Below, piece after piece: positions 1 through 9,942 of a stretch of DNA of 64,000 nt (position 1 is its first letter; each line of letters opens with the position of its first letter). Under the pieces are notes generated by a model. It searched no databases. It worked only from the letters and a program-made list of their open reading frames with translations, and was not told the DNA's origin. The translations under genes and the position numbers were made by a program. Source of the stretch: an uncultured bacterium (GTDB lineage Bacteria; Hydrothermota; UBA3073; NMUJ01; CBEVQO01); NCBI GenBank assembly GCA_965552055.1, contig CBEVQO010000007.1, positions 1 to 64,000 on the forward strand, written 5' to 3'.

Positions 1-1346
1 GGCGGAGGCGGGACAACAATCTCCGGTTTCTCAGCAACATACTTATGCACAAACTTAAGTAAGAGAATAAACATAGTAAGCACAATAATAAGCAAAATTA
101 TCTTTGGTGCATTTTCTGCCAGAATCTCACGCCAGCTCTTTTCCTTTGGTAAACTTATTTCAGGTGCCCCAAAAGGCACATTCTGAACAGATATTTCATC
201 ACCCCTCGCTTCCTGAAAACCTACAGCACACTTTATAATCTCAGTAAATTTCTTCATCTCTTCCTCTGACCTCGGGAAATATTTTATTACCTTTTTGCCC
301 TCTTCTTCAACAACTTTATATATACCATTTATTACGGCAGCACAACTCAAATGCTTTATAACTCCACCATCCCTTAAAATATGCTGGACGGTTCTCGATA
401 TTTCATAATTCGTTATAACTCTTTCCCTTCTGTCATCCGCAGGTGTGGGAGTAGTTATCTCCTCTATCCTTTCTTCACTCCTTATAACCTGACCCTTCGG
501 GTCATAACTTTCTATCAACTGCTGAATTTTTGAATAATCCAATTCGACATCTACTCTCACAATGGCATTACCGGGTCCAAGAACAGCGGATAACATTGTC
601 TCTGCTTTCCTCTGTAAATAACTTTCAAGCGCTTTCTTAATCTCTAACCTATTTGTAGCCTCCACAATCTCATAATTTACTTTTCCTCTCTTCAAAACTC
701 TACCTTGTGAATCAATTATTGTAACATTCTCTGGTTTTAACCCTTTTACTGCACTCGCAACCATATACGCTATCGCATTCACCTGCTCACGAGTCAAATA
801 TTCTCCTTCCTTTAGCGTAAGTACAATGGAAGCTGAAGGTTCCTCCTGCATCTCTTCAAACAAAACAGGCTCAGGTATTACAATGTGTACCCTTGCATCT
901 TCTACAGGTCCAAGCGATAAAATAGTACGAGTTATTTCACCTTCTAACGCCCTGTGATAATATATTTTCTGAATAAAATCTGTTATTCCCAGCTTTGGCT
1001 TATCAAAAATCTCATATCCCACTACTACTCCTTTCGGTAACTTTTTCTTAGCAAGTGCCAGTCTTACTTCGTAAACTTTCTCTTTCGGAATATAAATCCT
1101 TGTGCCTTCATCACCCAGCTTGTAAGGAATCCCCATCTTCTTTAATTCCTCTACTATCAACGAAGCATCTTCTTTTGTCAATTTTGCATAAAGTAAAGAA
1201 TACTCAGGTCGTTTTATATATCTTATCGCAACAATCAGAGAAATTATGAAAAACAAAAATAAAGCAGATAATAAAATTTTACGCTCAACAGGTAAACCCT
1301 TTATCTTCTCATAAAGATTTTTAAAATATTCACGAAAATCCTTCAT
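1..1346 (-). CDS. fliF: Flagellar M-ring protein (3' end runs off window; absent from ORF track)
   Basis: ATG at 1346 overlaps the fliE stop. Manual translation gives VGYEIFDKPKLGITDFIQ..YHRALEGEITRTI..ARVHIVIPE, typical FliF motifs. Confidence 0.93.
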   Translation of the reverse strand, partial: MKDFREYFKNLYEKIKGLPVERKILLSALFLFFIISLIVAIRYIKRPEYSLLYAKLTKEDASLIVEELKKMGIPYKLGDEGTRIYIPKEKVYEVRLALAKKKLPKGVVVGYEIFDKPKLGITDFIQKIYYHRALEGEITRTILSLGPVEDARVHIVIPEPVLFEEMQEEPSASIVLTLKEGEYLTREQVNAIAYMVASAVKGLKPENVTIIDSQGRVLKRGKVNYEIVEATNRLEIKKALESYLQRKAETMLSAVLGPGNAIVRVDVELDYSKIQQLIESYDPKGQVIRSEERIEEITTPTPADDRRERVITNYEISRTVQHILRDGGVIKHLSCAAVINGIYKVVEEEGKKVIKYFPRSEEEMKKFTEIIKCAVGFQEARGDEISVQNVPFGAPEISLPKEKSWREILAENAPKIILLIIVLTMFILLLKFVHKYVAEKPEIVVPPP

Positions 1347-1645
1347 ACTCTCATTTTCATAAACTCTCTATAAGCATCAAGAATTTTATTCCTTATCTCC
1401 ATTAATAATCTAAAACTTATATTGGCTTCCTGAGCGGCTATCACAACATCTTCTATCGATGCCTCACCTGCTATAAATTTCTCAATCATAGAATCTGCTT
1501 TCTTCTGTAACTGATTCACCTCCTTTAAATATTTCATTATAGTTTCTTTAAAACTCGGATATTCTTTTTTACCTTTTGCCTCTTGCAATACCTTTTCAAA
1601 TTCTTTCTGTAAATCTGGTATTTTTATTCCATCAACTTCTGCCAT
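1343..1645 (-). CDS. fliE: Flagellar hook-basal body protein
   Basis: C-terminal EIRNKILDAYREFMKMRV motif; lies between flgC and fliF. Confidence 0.93.
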   Translation of the reverse strand: MAEVDGIKIPDLQKEFEKVLQEAKGKKEYPSFKETIMKYLKEVNQLQKKADSMIEKFIAGEASIEDVVIAAQEANISFRLLMEIRNKILDAYREFMKMRV

Positions 1646-1653
1646 TTACCCTC

Positions 1654-2154
1654 CTATGCTCTCAAAATAGTCAATGTCTGCAATGCCATATGTTTTGCAG
1701 TGTTAAAGGCAGCTAAATTAGCCTCGTAAGCCCTTGCAGCTATCAACATATCTACCATCTCCTTTACGATATCAACATTTGGATACTTAACATATCCGTT
1801 TTTATCGGCATCTGGATGATCAGGGTCATATACAAGTTTTAAAGGCGTTTTGGTATCTTCAATTATCCCTTTCACCTCTACTCCGTCTCCTATTTCAACA
1901 CCATAAGGAGGGCTCTTAATATGACGCCTTTGGGTACGCTCTAACTTAACTTTTGGAGTATATGGAAGCAAAACCCTAAAAGGCACACTTTTCTCTGCGA
2001 GTACCACTTCTTTCCTTCTGTAAGGTCCTCCCTTTTTTGTTCGCGTGGTCTCGGCATTTGCGATATTAGAAGATATCACATTCATCCTTATTCTTTGTGC
2101 TATCATCCCTGTTGCTGATATCTCCATCGAAGTCATAAGAGATGCGGGTCGCAT
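1654..2154 (-). CDS. flgC: Flagellar basal-body rod protein
   Basis: NIANAETT..GPYRRK, YDPDHPDAD..GYVKYPNVD, RAYEAN motifs. Confidence 0.97.
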   Translation of the reverse strand: MRPASLMTSMEISATGMIAQRIRMNVISSNIANAETTRTKKGGPYRRKEVVLAEKSVPFRVLLPYTPKVKLERTQRRHIKSPPYGVEIGDGVEVKGIIEDTKTPLKLVYDPDHPDADKNGYVKYPNVDIVKEMVDMLIAARAYEANLAAFNTAKHMALQTLTILRA

Positions 2155-2162
2155 TTCACCTC

Positions 2163-2579
2163 CTACCTGCCTGTAATCGCGCTCATCAATTTTTTATATT
2201 TGTAATTCAAAAGTTGCACCGCTGCGTCCCATCTTACACCTGTCATAGCCATTTGAGTTATTTCTTTATCAACATTTACATTATTTATCCTGCCGGGAGG
2301 TATAGGAGACCTGTCAACACCCACTCTTGGCACTTCATTTGCTATTTCACGGAGAGTAACCCTACCACACGGAATATGACGGGGATGCGTTCGTTTACCC
2401 CTTATTTTAAACGCCTGTAACCTCTGACGCAATATTTCTTCAAATTCCACTCTCAGTGCCCTGTATCGAGGTGTCGTAATATTGGAAAGATTATGGGCAA
2501 TAACCGTTTGCCTTACTTTATATGCCTCTATCCCTTTTTTAAGTGCAAAGAAACCAGTATCTTGGAAAAGTGCTCTCAT
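2163..2579 (-). CDS. flgB: Flagellar basal-body rod protein
   Basis: RQTVIAHNLSNITTPRY and NNVNVDKE motifs; directly upstream of flgC. Confidence 0.93.
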   Translation of the reverse strand: MRALFQDTGFFALKKGIEAYKVRQTVIAHNLSNITTPRYRALRVEFEEILRQRLQAFKIRGKRTHPRHIPCGRVTLREIANEVPRVGVDRSPIPPGRINNVNVDKEITQMAMTGVRWDAAVQLLNYKYKKLMSAITGR

Positions 2580-2585
2580 CTCACC

Positions 2586-3974
2586 TCACCTTATTTTAGC
2601 AAGTTTTGTGTCAGTTTGACGATACAAAGCAAGTTTATTCCTCAATGTCCTATCTGTTACCCCGAGAATCTGCGCCGCTTTAACTTTGTTCCAGCCAGTT
2701 CTCTCAAGTGTCTTCAAAATAAGCATTTTCTCAACCTCATCTATCGTCTTACCAACAAGCACATCTATCGCTCTATCAGCATCTAATTTCTTCTCTCTTT
2801 CATCTTCAAATTTATCGCTATCAAACACTATTAAATCTTCTGTTATGTATTCACCGGTGCACATTATAACTGCACGCTCTATCATGTGCTCAAGCTCACG
2901 AACATTGCCAGGAAAGTCATACCTCATCATCTTCTCTATCACACCCTTAGCAAAGCCCCTTATATTTTTACCATATTCTTTCGAATATTTCTTCAAAAAG
3001 TGCTCACATAACAAAGGTATATCTTCTTTCCTTTCCCTCAAAGGCGGTAACTTTATTCTTATGACATTTAATCTATAATAAAGGTCTTCTCTAAATTTAC
3101 CTTCTTTCACCAATTTTTGCAAATCTTTGTTTGTCGTGGCAATTACTCTTACATCAACTTTTACTGGTGTCGTCCCTCCTATCCTGTAAAATTCAAATTC
3201 TTGAAGCACTCTTAATAACTTTGCCTGCAAATTATAACTCATTTCACTTATCTCATCGAGTAAGAGAGTTCCACCATTTGCGAGCTCAAATTTACCTTTC
3301 CTTTGAGTAACAGCACCTGTGAAAGCGCCCCTTTCATATCCAAAAAGTTCTGATTCTAACAAAGTCTCAGGTATGCTTGCACAATTTATCGACACAAAAG
3401 GTTTTGATGACCTGCTTGAATTATAATGTATAGCACGGGCAACGAGTTCTTTACCTGTACCACTTTCCCCTTCTATTAAAACAGTTGCTTTGCTATTGGC
3501 TATAATCCTTATCACCTCAAAAATGCGCTGCATCTCAGGAGTTTTACCCACCATATTGCTAAAGCAATGCTCCTTTTTTACAAGATATTTCAGCAATTGA
3601 TTTTCTTTCTTCAACTCTCTCCTTTCTAGCACATTTTTTAACCTTAATTCAATCTCATCTATCGAAAATGGCTTTTTAAGATAATCCTCTGCACCTTCCT
3701 TTATTGCTTTTACCGCATCATCTATCGATGTATAAGCAGTCATCATTATAACAGCGGTTTCAGGAGAATTTTCTCTTATTTTTTGAAGACACTCGATACC
3801 GTTACCATCAGGTAATTTCACATCGAGCAAAATACAATCGTAAATCCTGTTTTGTAACCTGTCAAAAAGGTCAGAAATCCTCGAAACCGTCTCTACTTTA
3901 TATTGACCATTTAACCCTTCTTTTAAAAATTCACATATTGTATCGTCATCATCACAGATAAGTATCCTTTTCAT
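2586..3974 (-). CDS. Sigma54-dependent response regulator (NtrC family; FleR/FlgR-like by context)
   Basis: Receiver domain (DDDD, LLD), Walker A GESGTGKE, GAFTGA, C-terminal Fis HTH. Confidence 0.92.
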   Translation of the reverse strand: MKRILICDDDDTICEFLKEGLNGQYKVETVSRISDLFDRLQNRIYDCILLDVKLPDGNGIECLQKIRENSPETAVIMMTAYTSIDDAVKAIKEGAEDYLKKPFSIDEIELRLKNVLERRELKKENQLLKYLVKKEHCFSNMVGKTPEMQRIFEVIRIIANSKATVLIEGESGTGKELVARAIHYNSSRSSKPFVSINCASIPETLLESELFGYERGAFTGAVTQRKGKFELANGGTLLLDEISEMSYNLQAKLLRVLQEFEFYRIGGTTPVKVDVRVIATTNKDLQKLVKEGKFREDLYYRLNVIRIKLPPLRERKEDIPLLCEHFLKKYSKEYGKNIRGFAKGVIEKMMRYDFPGNVRELEHMIERAVIMCTGEYITEDLIVFDSDKFEDEREKKLDADRAIDVLVGKTIDEVEKMLILKTLERTGWNKVKAAQILGVTDRTLRNKLALYRQTDTKLAKIR

Positions 3975-5044
3975 TTCCCCCTCCCGTTTGGCAAAATTAT
4001 TGTAAAACGAGCACCGCGCTCTGTATTTTCTGCAATTATTTCACCTTTATGTGAATGAATTATTTTTTGAGTTATAGCGAGTCCCAATCCTGTTCCTTTT
4101 TTCTTTGTTGAGAAAAACGGGTCAAAAATTTTCGGTAAAATGTTCTGCGGAATTCCTGGACCTGTATCCTCAATAACAACTTTAACTACAGGACCAAGTG
4201 GATGTCCGTTATGATAAGAATAAATCCTCAGTTCACCTTTGCCTTCCATAGCCTCTACTGCATTCAAAATCACATTCAAAATAGCCTGACGAAGTTTAAC
4301 AGGGTCAGCCTTAACCTCAACATCACCATAATCTCTTTTTATTTTTACATCCTTTGCCTTATCACCGAGCAGAGCAAGTGCTTCATCGATCACATCCTTT
4401 AAATTTATTTTTCTAATTTGCAATTCACATGAGCGGGTAAAATCTAATAATTCGTTCACAAGCCCTTCAAGGTCTCTTACACATTTCAAAATCTTCTCAA
4501 CCCATTTTCTTCTGTTATCATCCTCTGGTAAACTCCTCATCAAAATACTAGCAAAACCTTCGATACCGCACAAAGGATTTTTGAGCTCATGTGCGATATG
4601 AGAAGAAAGTTCTCCAAGTGCCCTTAATCTCTTGTCGAGCTCATTTCTTTCGCCAATCTTTTTCTCTTTCGTAACATCCCAGAATACAATAACCCTGCCA
4701 AGGTCTTCAGCACCATTCCGCAAATCATTCGCCAGATACCTTATCACCTTCCTATCATACTCAAATTCACCACAGCCATTCAATTCTTTTCCGAATATTT
4801 CCGAATAGTGGAGATTCAAGAGCTTCTTTTTGAACATATCTTCTGCAAGTTTATTCGATGCGATTATTTTTCCTGATTTATCGCAGACTATAAGTGCATT
4901 TGGAAGAGATTCGATTATTTTAAGGAGTTTGACATTTGTTTCTTGTAGTTTCTTTTGTAATATTTCGTAGGATTTTCTGATTTTTTCGGATGCTTCTGAG
5001 AATTCCTTAAAAGCTCTTGCGAGTATTTCGGCATCAGGCCCCAT
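3971..5044 (-). CDS. Cytoplasmic PAS sensor histidine kinase (FleS/FlgS-like by context)
   Basis: H-box AHELKNPL, N-box NAVEA, DTGPGI, GTGLGL; no transmembrane segments. Confidence 0.92.
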   Translation of the reverse strand: MGPDAEILARAFKEFSEASEKIRKSYEILQKKLQETNVKLLKIIESLPNALIVCDKSGKIIASNKLAEDMFKKKLLNLHYSEIFGKELNGCGEFEYDRKVIRYLANDLRNGAEDLGRVIVFWDVTKEKKIGERNELDKRLRALGELSSHIAHELKNPLCGIEGFASILMRSLPEDDNRRKWVEKILKCVRDLEGLVNELLDFTRSCELQIRKINLKDVIDEALALLGDKAKDVKIKRDYGDVEVKADPVKLRQAILNVILNAVEAMEGKGELRIYSYHNGHPLGPVVKVVIEDTGPGIPQNILPKIFDPFFSTKKKGTGLGLAITQKIIHSHKGEIIAENTERGARFTIILPNGRGK

Positions 5045-5065
5045 ACCCCCTCCACTATATACCTT

Positions 5066-5081
5066 AGCAATATCTGTGTCA
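5066..5081 (-). promoter_or_regulatory. Putative sigma54 -24/-12 promoter, non-canonical
   Basis: Minus strand reads TGACAC-AGATA-TTGCT versus consensus TGGCAC-N5-TTGCW, in the 37-bp gap before the kinase gene's GGAGG RBS. Confidence 0.5.
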
Positions 5082-6653
5082 TTATTCGGAAATTATCGGA
5101 AAATATTGGGAATTTTTTGTCGTACCTGTGCGCTTTATTAAGCCAAGTTTTACCAATTTCTGCAAATCGTTCCTCAATGTCCTTTCACTAACATCTCGAA
5201 TTTTATTTCGGAAATCATGCATGGTGCAAACGCCCTTTTCCCTTATCATATCAAGCAAAATGCGCTGCCTTTTGGACAATTCGGAAATTTTTCCTTTTTC
5301 TTCCGAATGAAATTCTCTCTTTTTTAAGGTGTAGTAAGAATCTCTGGTTTTTCCGAATTTTATTATGTACCCTTTTCTCTCAAGTTCAACCAATTCCTTG
5401 CGAATTGTTTTATCAGATAAATTCGGAAATATTTTCCGCAAATCTCCTGTCTTAATTCTTCCGGATTTTCTAAGTAAAGACAGGATTTGTTCCTGGCGTT
5501 CCGTGAGCTCTTCCCTCTCCACTCGCACAAGGCGAGGCTCCACTTTTTTAACAACTTCCTCCGGTAAATCTTCTTTATCTATCTTTTCTCCCCTGCCTAG
5601 TGCAAACGCCCGCTCTATTATGTTCTCCAATTCACGAACATTGCCAGGATAATTATATTCAAGCAATATCTCTAAAGCCTCATCTGTTATGCCTGTTTTC
5701 TTCTTCTCAAATCTTTGATTGAATTTCCAGATAAAATACCTTATAAGCAAAGGAATATCCTCCTTCCTTTCCCTCAAAGGCGGAACAATTATAGGTATCA
5801 CATACAGCCTGTAAAAGAAATCTTCCCTCAATTTACCGGATAATAAAGCCCTTTCAATGTTTCTATTCGTAGCAGCTATCAATCTAACATCTACCTTATA
5901 AACTTTCTCAGAACCAACGGGCCTCACTTCTCCTTCCTGCAGAACTCTCAACAATTTTATCTGAAGATCAGGCGGTAACTCCAAAACTTCATCAAGGAAA
6001 AGTGTACCTCCATCTGCTTCCCTAAATAAACCCTTTTTATCTTTCAAGGCGCCGCTAAAAGCACCCTTTACATAGCCAAATAGTTCACTCTCAAGGAGCG
6101 TAGGAACTATCGCACCACAATTAACAGGCACAAAAGGCTTATCACGTCTTTTCGAATATTTATGAATAGTACGCGCTATCAGCTCCTTACCTGTACCAGA
6201 TTCACCCTGTATAAAAACAGTGCTATCAGTTTCTGCTGCTTCTATTATCTTCTTAAACAAATCTTTCATTTTAGGTGACTCTCCTATTATCTCGCCAAGA
6301 CCGGGAAATTCTTTAACCTCGGGCTCCCCTATTATCTCCCTTAACCTATCTTTTATCTTTTTGAGCTCCTTATGTGATAGATAATCCGTTACATTATATC
6401 TTATTCCTATAACTGCACTTCTAACATTCATCTTTGATGTCGTTACTAAAATCTTCAATTCCTTATCAACATCCCTTATCAAAGGTAAAAGGTCAAGCCC
6501 TCCTTTATCTTCATTTAAAATCACAACCTCCGGAGATTCCTTTTCTATTTCCTCAACAATATTAACACCATTACTTATACTTTTTAAGTCAAATCTCTCT
6601 TTTCTTAACTTTTCCGCTAATTCTTCGTTATTCACTACGAGTACTCTGCTCAT
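5082..6653 (-). CDS. Sigma54 activator with degenerate receiver and two C-terminal winged-HTH (DeoR-like) domains; FleQ-like by context
   Basis: GESGTGKE, GAFSGA, PGNVRELEN; two repeats LTERQEQIL..SDKTIRKELVEL and LSKRQRILL..SERTLRNDLQKL. Confidence 0.85.
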   Translation of the reverse strand: MSRVLVVNNEELAEKLRKERFDLKSISNGVNIVEEIEKESPEVVILNEDKGGLDLLPLIRDVDKELKILVTTSKMNVRSAVIGIRYNVTDYLSHKELKKIKDRLREIIGEPEVKEFPGLGEIIGESPKMKDLFKKIIEAAETDSTVFIQGESGTGKELIARTIHKYSKRRDKPFVPVNCGAIVPTLLESELFGYVKGAFSGALKDKKGLFREADGGTLFLDEVLELPPDLQIKLLRVLQEGEVRPVGSEKVYKVDVRLIAATNRNIERALLSGKLREDFFYRLYVIPIIVPPLRERKEDIPLLIRYFIWKFNQRFEKKKTGITDEALEILLEYNYPGNVRELENIIERAFALGRGEKIDKEDLPEEVVKKVEPRLVRVEREELTERQEQILSLLRKSGRIKTGDLRKIFPNLSDKTIRKELVELERKGYIIKFGKTRDSYYTLKKREFHSEEKGKISELSKRQRILLDMIREKGVCTMHDFRNKIRDVSERTLRNDLQKLVKLGLIKRTGTTKNSQYFPIISE

Positions 6654-6828
6654 ATTTCAGCTCTATTCTTATTTTTTTACCGCATACACATTGAACTTCT
6701 ATCCTCTTTACAACACCATCTTCTTTATGAACAACCACATCAGGTACCCCTTCTTTCACTTCTCCCCATCTTACAGGATTATAATAGTCAACACTCACAT
6801 CCTTCGCTTTTATTATCTTACCCCTCAT
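6628..6828 (-). CDS. Small hypothetical protein with CxC motif
   Basis: Overlaps both neighbours on the same strand; IEVQCVCGK. Confidence 0.6.
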   Translation of the reverse strand: MRGKIIKAKDVSVDYYNPVRWGEVKEGVPDVVVHKEDGVVKRIEVQCVCGKKIRIELKYEQSTRSE

Positions 6829-8635
6829 ACTTTATTTTAATACATTTTTCAATTTTGTCAATAAGGAAAATTTTCGGAATTTTTTCCTTTATCTTTCCCA
6901 AAAATAAATAGTAATTAATATCATCCGAAACATCGTATTCCATATAAACCTCCTCAACTTTGAATTCTCTCAAAAGTCGTGTCAGTAACTTATAATTTTT
7001 AGAAGGTTTGTGAATTATCACCTTCAAATATCTTACCCCCTCTCTGTGAAGCTTCTTCACAATGTCAAAATCAACCTCCTTTATCTCGCAAATCGCCAGC
7101 AAACCTTTATACCAAAAACGATTGGCACCTGCACTTATCTCTCGATAGCCCATAAAAATAAAACTCCAAACATAAAAATTAAAACAAAATAGTAAAAAAG
7201 GAAAAATAAATCTTCCCTTAACAAGAAGAAAGAGACCCAGATAATAAAACACAAAAAATAAAATCGATGGACTTTTAACCCAAAAATATGCAAAAGGTAA
7301 CTTCGAAAGTAAATTTAACGAAAAATATAAAGTCTTTGATGTAAGCCAGCAAACACCAGCAAAGAGAGAGGGTAAAAACGAAAATTTAAGTAAAGAAAAT
7401 AAAATCATCAAAATTCCGTTTATTAAAAATACGGCAGTTAAAGGTATTGCAAACAGATTCGCAAAAATCCCGATTAAAGAAATTTTGTTGAAATAAAAGG
7501 CTATAAATGGATAAGTTGCAATTTGTGCAGACAAAGAAACAGATAAAGGTTTTAAAAATAAATTATTAAAAGGACTATCATAAAGCGCATATTTATCGAC
7601 GACGCATTTCTCAAAAATTCTGAAAAGAAAATTATGAACAAAAGGATAAAGCAAAACAATACCTGCAACAGCACAAAAACTCAATTGAAAACTGATGGAA
7701 AATAAAAGTGATGGCTCAAATATGAGCATTAAAAGACCTGCAAAGCATAAAAGGTTTAGAGTGTCCGGTGAACGCTCCAAAGATATACCCAAAAGAAAAA
7801 GCGAACTCAAAATCGAAGCTCTCAAAACAGGCGGCAAAAAACCAACAAGCCCACAATATAGAAACAAAAATACAGAACTTAAAAGAAAATTAAAAACACC
7901 GCTTATCCCGATGATTCGCAAAAAGAAATAAATAATTGCACAAATAAGTCCAGAATGCAAACCACTAACGGCAAGTAAATGAATAACACCTGTATTTTGA
8001 AAAATTTTAATATCTTTTGGTGTCAAATCTCCTCTATCACCCAGAAAAATTGCACTCAAAAATCTCGCAGGAAAACCCGAAAGATTCGAAAAAATAACAT
8101 GCTTTATACTTTGTCTTACTTTCCATAAGAAATATAAAAATCTATTTCTGACACAAACCAGCTTTAAATCAGAAGTATCTTTAACTTCAATATTGTAATA
8201 AATGCCTCTCAATGCAAATTTTTCCTCCGCTGGAAATATTTTCCCATGTATTATCAACTCCATACCTGCAGGAACCTTCTTCCGCCTTGATGAGAATTTA
8301 CATCTTACTCTGCATAACGATTTCCCTGCTTTCAAATAAAAATGCGTTTTCAAAAATCTCGTCTGTGGATAACTCACAACAACACCCCGTACACAACCAG
8401 AAAATTCCTCTTTTTTAAGTATTCGCCACTGCTTTAATCTACAATTAAACTTAACACTGTTATAAAATACAGCTGATGCAAAGAAAAATAGAAGATAAAG
8501 ATATCTATAGCGGAAAATAAAAATTACAATTATTGAAACAATCAGCAGAGAAAATGCTATTAAAAAATTTATTTTTAAACTTATTATTTCAGCGATTATA
8601 AAAAGAATAAAGAGGAGTAAAGCGGGTCTCCTCAC
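6818..8635 (-). CDS. comEC: ComEC/Rec2 DNA uptake membrane protein
   Basis: TGVIHLLAVSGLH, SFQLSF, ANLFAIP motifs; many transmembrane helices; C-terminal beta-lactamase-like part looks degenerate. Confidence 0.92.
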   Translation of the reverse strand: MRRPALLLFILFIIAEIISLKINFLIAFSLLIVSIIVIFIFRYRYLYLLFFFASAVFYNSVKFNCRLKQWRILKKEEFSGCVRGVVVSYPQTRFLKTHFYLKAGKSLCRVRCKFSSRRKKVPAGMELIIHGKIFPAEEKFALRGIYYNIEVKDTSDLKLVCVRNRFLYFLWKVRQSIKHVIFSNLSGFPARFLSAIFLGDRGDLTPKDIKIFQNTGVIHLLAVSGLHSGLICAIIYFFLRIIGISGVFNFLLSSVFLFLYCGLVGFLPPVLRASILSSLFLLGISLERSPDTLNLLCFAGLLMLIFEPSLLFSISFQLSFCAVAGIVLLYPFVHNFLFRIFEKCVVDKYALYDSPFNNLFLKPLSVSLSAQIATYPFIAFYFNKISLIGIFANLFAIPLTAVFLINGILMILFSLLKFSFLPSLFAGVCWLTSKTLYFSLNLLSKLPFAYFWVKSPSILFFVFYYLGLFLLVKGRFIFPFLLFCFNFYVWSFIFMGYREISAGANRFWYKGLLAICEIKEVDFDIVKKLHREGVRYLKVIIHKPSKNYKLLTRLLREFKVEEVYMEYDVSDDINYYLFLGKIKEKIPKIFLIDKIEKCIKIKYEG

Positions 8636-9942
8636 AAAACAGGAAGATATTTTTTTATCTCATATTCTGTAACCTGTGCTCTGTATTTTTCCCACACTGC
8701 TTTTTTATTTCTCAGTAATTTTTCGAACAAATCTTCGCCCAATGTTTCTTTTAAAAGATTAGATTTTTCTGCTTCAAGGATTGCCTCTCCGAGACTCCCT
8801 GGCAGATGGTCAATCCCCCTTCCTATTCTCTCTTCGAAATCGAGTGAATAAACATCAATCTCTGTTGGGTCTCTGAGCTCATATTTCTCTTCGATTCCCT
8901 TTAACCCTGCTCTTAAAATACATGCAAGTGCAAGATATGGGTTACAAGCAGGGTCAGGGCTCCTGTATTCTATCCTTGCTGCTTCTTTTTTGACGAATGC
9001 AGGAATCCTCACAAGTGTAGACCTGTTCCTCCTTGCCCAGCAAATATAAACAGGTGCTTCATAACCAGGAACAAGGCGCTTATATGAGTTCTCCCACTGA
9101 TTCGTAACAAGGGTTATTTCCTTACAGTGACGCAAAATACCTTCAACAAATTGCTTCCCCTCTTCACTGAGCTCACCTGGAGAGCCTCCCCAAAATACAT
9201 TCTCATCATTTTTGAAAAACGACAAATGTACATGCATGCCACTGCCATTTATACCATAAATAGGTTTTGGCATAAAAGAAGCAAAATAGCCTCTTTTTTG
9301 AGCAACGATTTTCGCAACAAGTTTAAATGTCATAATCCTATCTGCCATTTCAAGTGCCTCGGTATAAGTTAAATCAATTTCATGCTGCGAACCGGACACC
9401 TCGTGATGAGATGCTTCCGTCTTTATGCCCATCCGCTCAAGTATGGATATCGTCTCCATTCGCAGTTTATCACCAATATCAGGAGGCGTCAGGTCAAAGT
9501 ATCCACTCTCATCCAGCTTCTCTGGTTTATCTTTTGTTTTGAAATAAAAATATTCGAGCTCGGGTCCAACATAAAATTTATATCCTCTTTTTGCTGCATA
9601 CTCCAGATTTTTACGCAAAACATAACGGGGGTCACATTCGTAGGGCTCACCTGTCGGCAAAAGTATATCGCAAAACATTCGAGCCTGTAAAAAGTCAGGC
9701 TCACTCCAGGGAAGAACACAAAAAGTATCGGGGTCAGGCATGCATATCATATCACTCTCATCTATCCTCGTAAAGCCTTCTATCGAAGAACCATCAAAAC
9801 TCTTTCCTTCATAAAGAGCGGGCTTCAATTCAGAAAAAGGTATGGTCACACTTTTTAAATTGCCTATTATGTCTGTGAACCACAATTGAATAAACTTCAC
9901 CTTTATATCTTTGGCATACTCGAGAACCTCTTCTTTTGTCAT
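8632..9942 (-). CDS. glnA: Glutamine synthetase type I
   Basis: FDGSSIEG, GPELEY, HHEV, NGSGMHVH, SYKRLVPGYEAP, RIEYRSPD. Confidence 0.93.
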   Translation of the reverse strand: MTKEEVLEYAKDIKVKFIQLWFTDIIGNLKSVTIPFSELKPALYEGKSFDGSSIEGFTRIDESDMICMPDPDTFCVLPWSEPDFLQARMFCDILLPTGEPYECDPRYVLRKNLEYAAKRGYKFYVGPELEYFYFKTKDKPEKLDESGYFDLTPPDIGDKLRMETISILERMGIKTEASHHEVSGSQHEIDLTYTEALEMADRIMTFKLVAKIVAQKRGYFASFMPKPIYGINGSGMHVHLSFFKNDENVFWGGSPGELSEEGKQFVEGILRHCKEITLVTNQWENSYKRLVPGYEAPVYICWARRNRSTLVRIPAFVKKEAARIEYRSPDPACNPYLALACILRAGLKGIEEKYELRDPTEIDVYSLDFEERIGRGIDHLPGSLGEAILEAEKSNLLKETLGEDLFEKLLRNKKAVWEKYRAQVTEYEIKKYLPVL

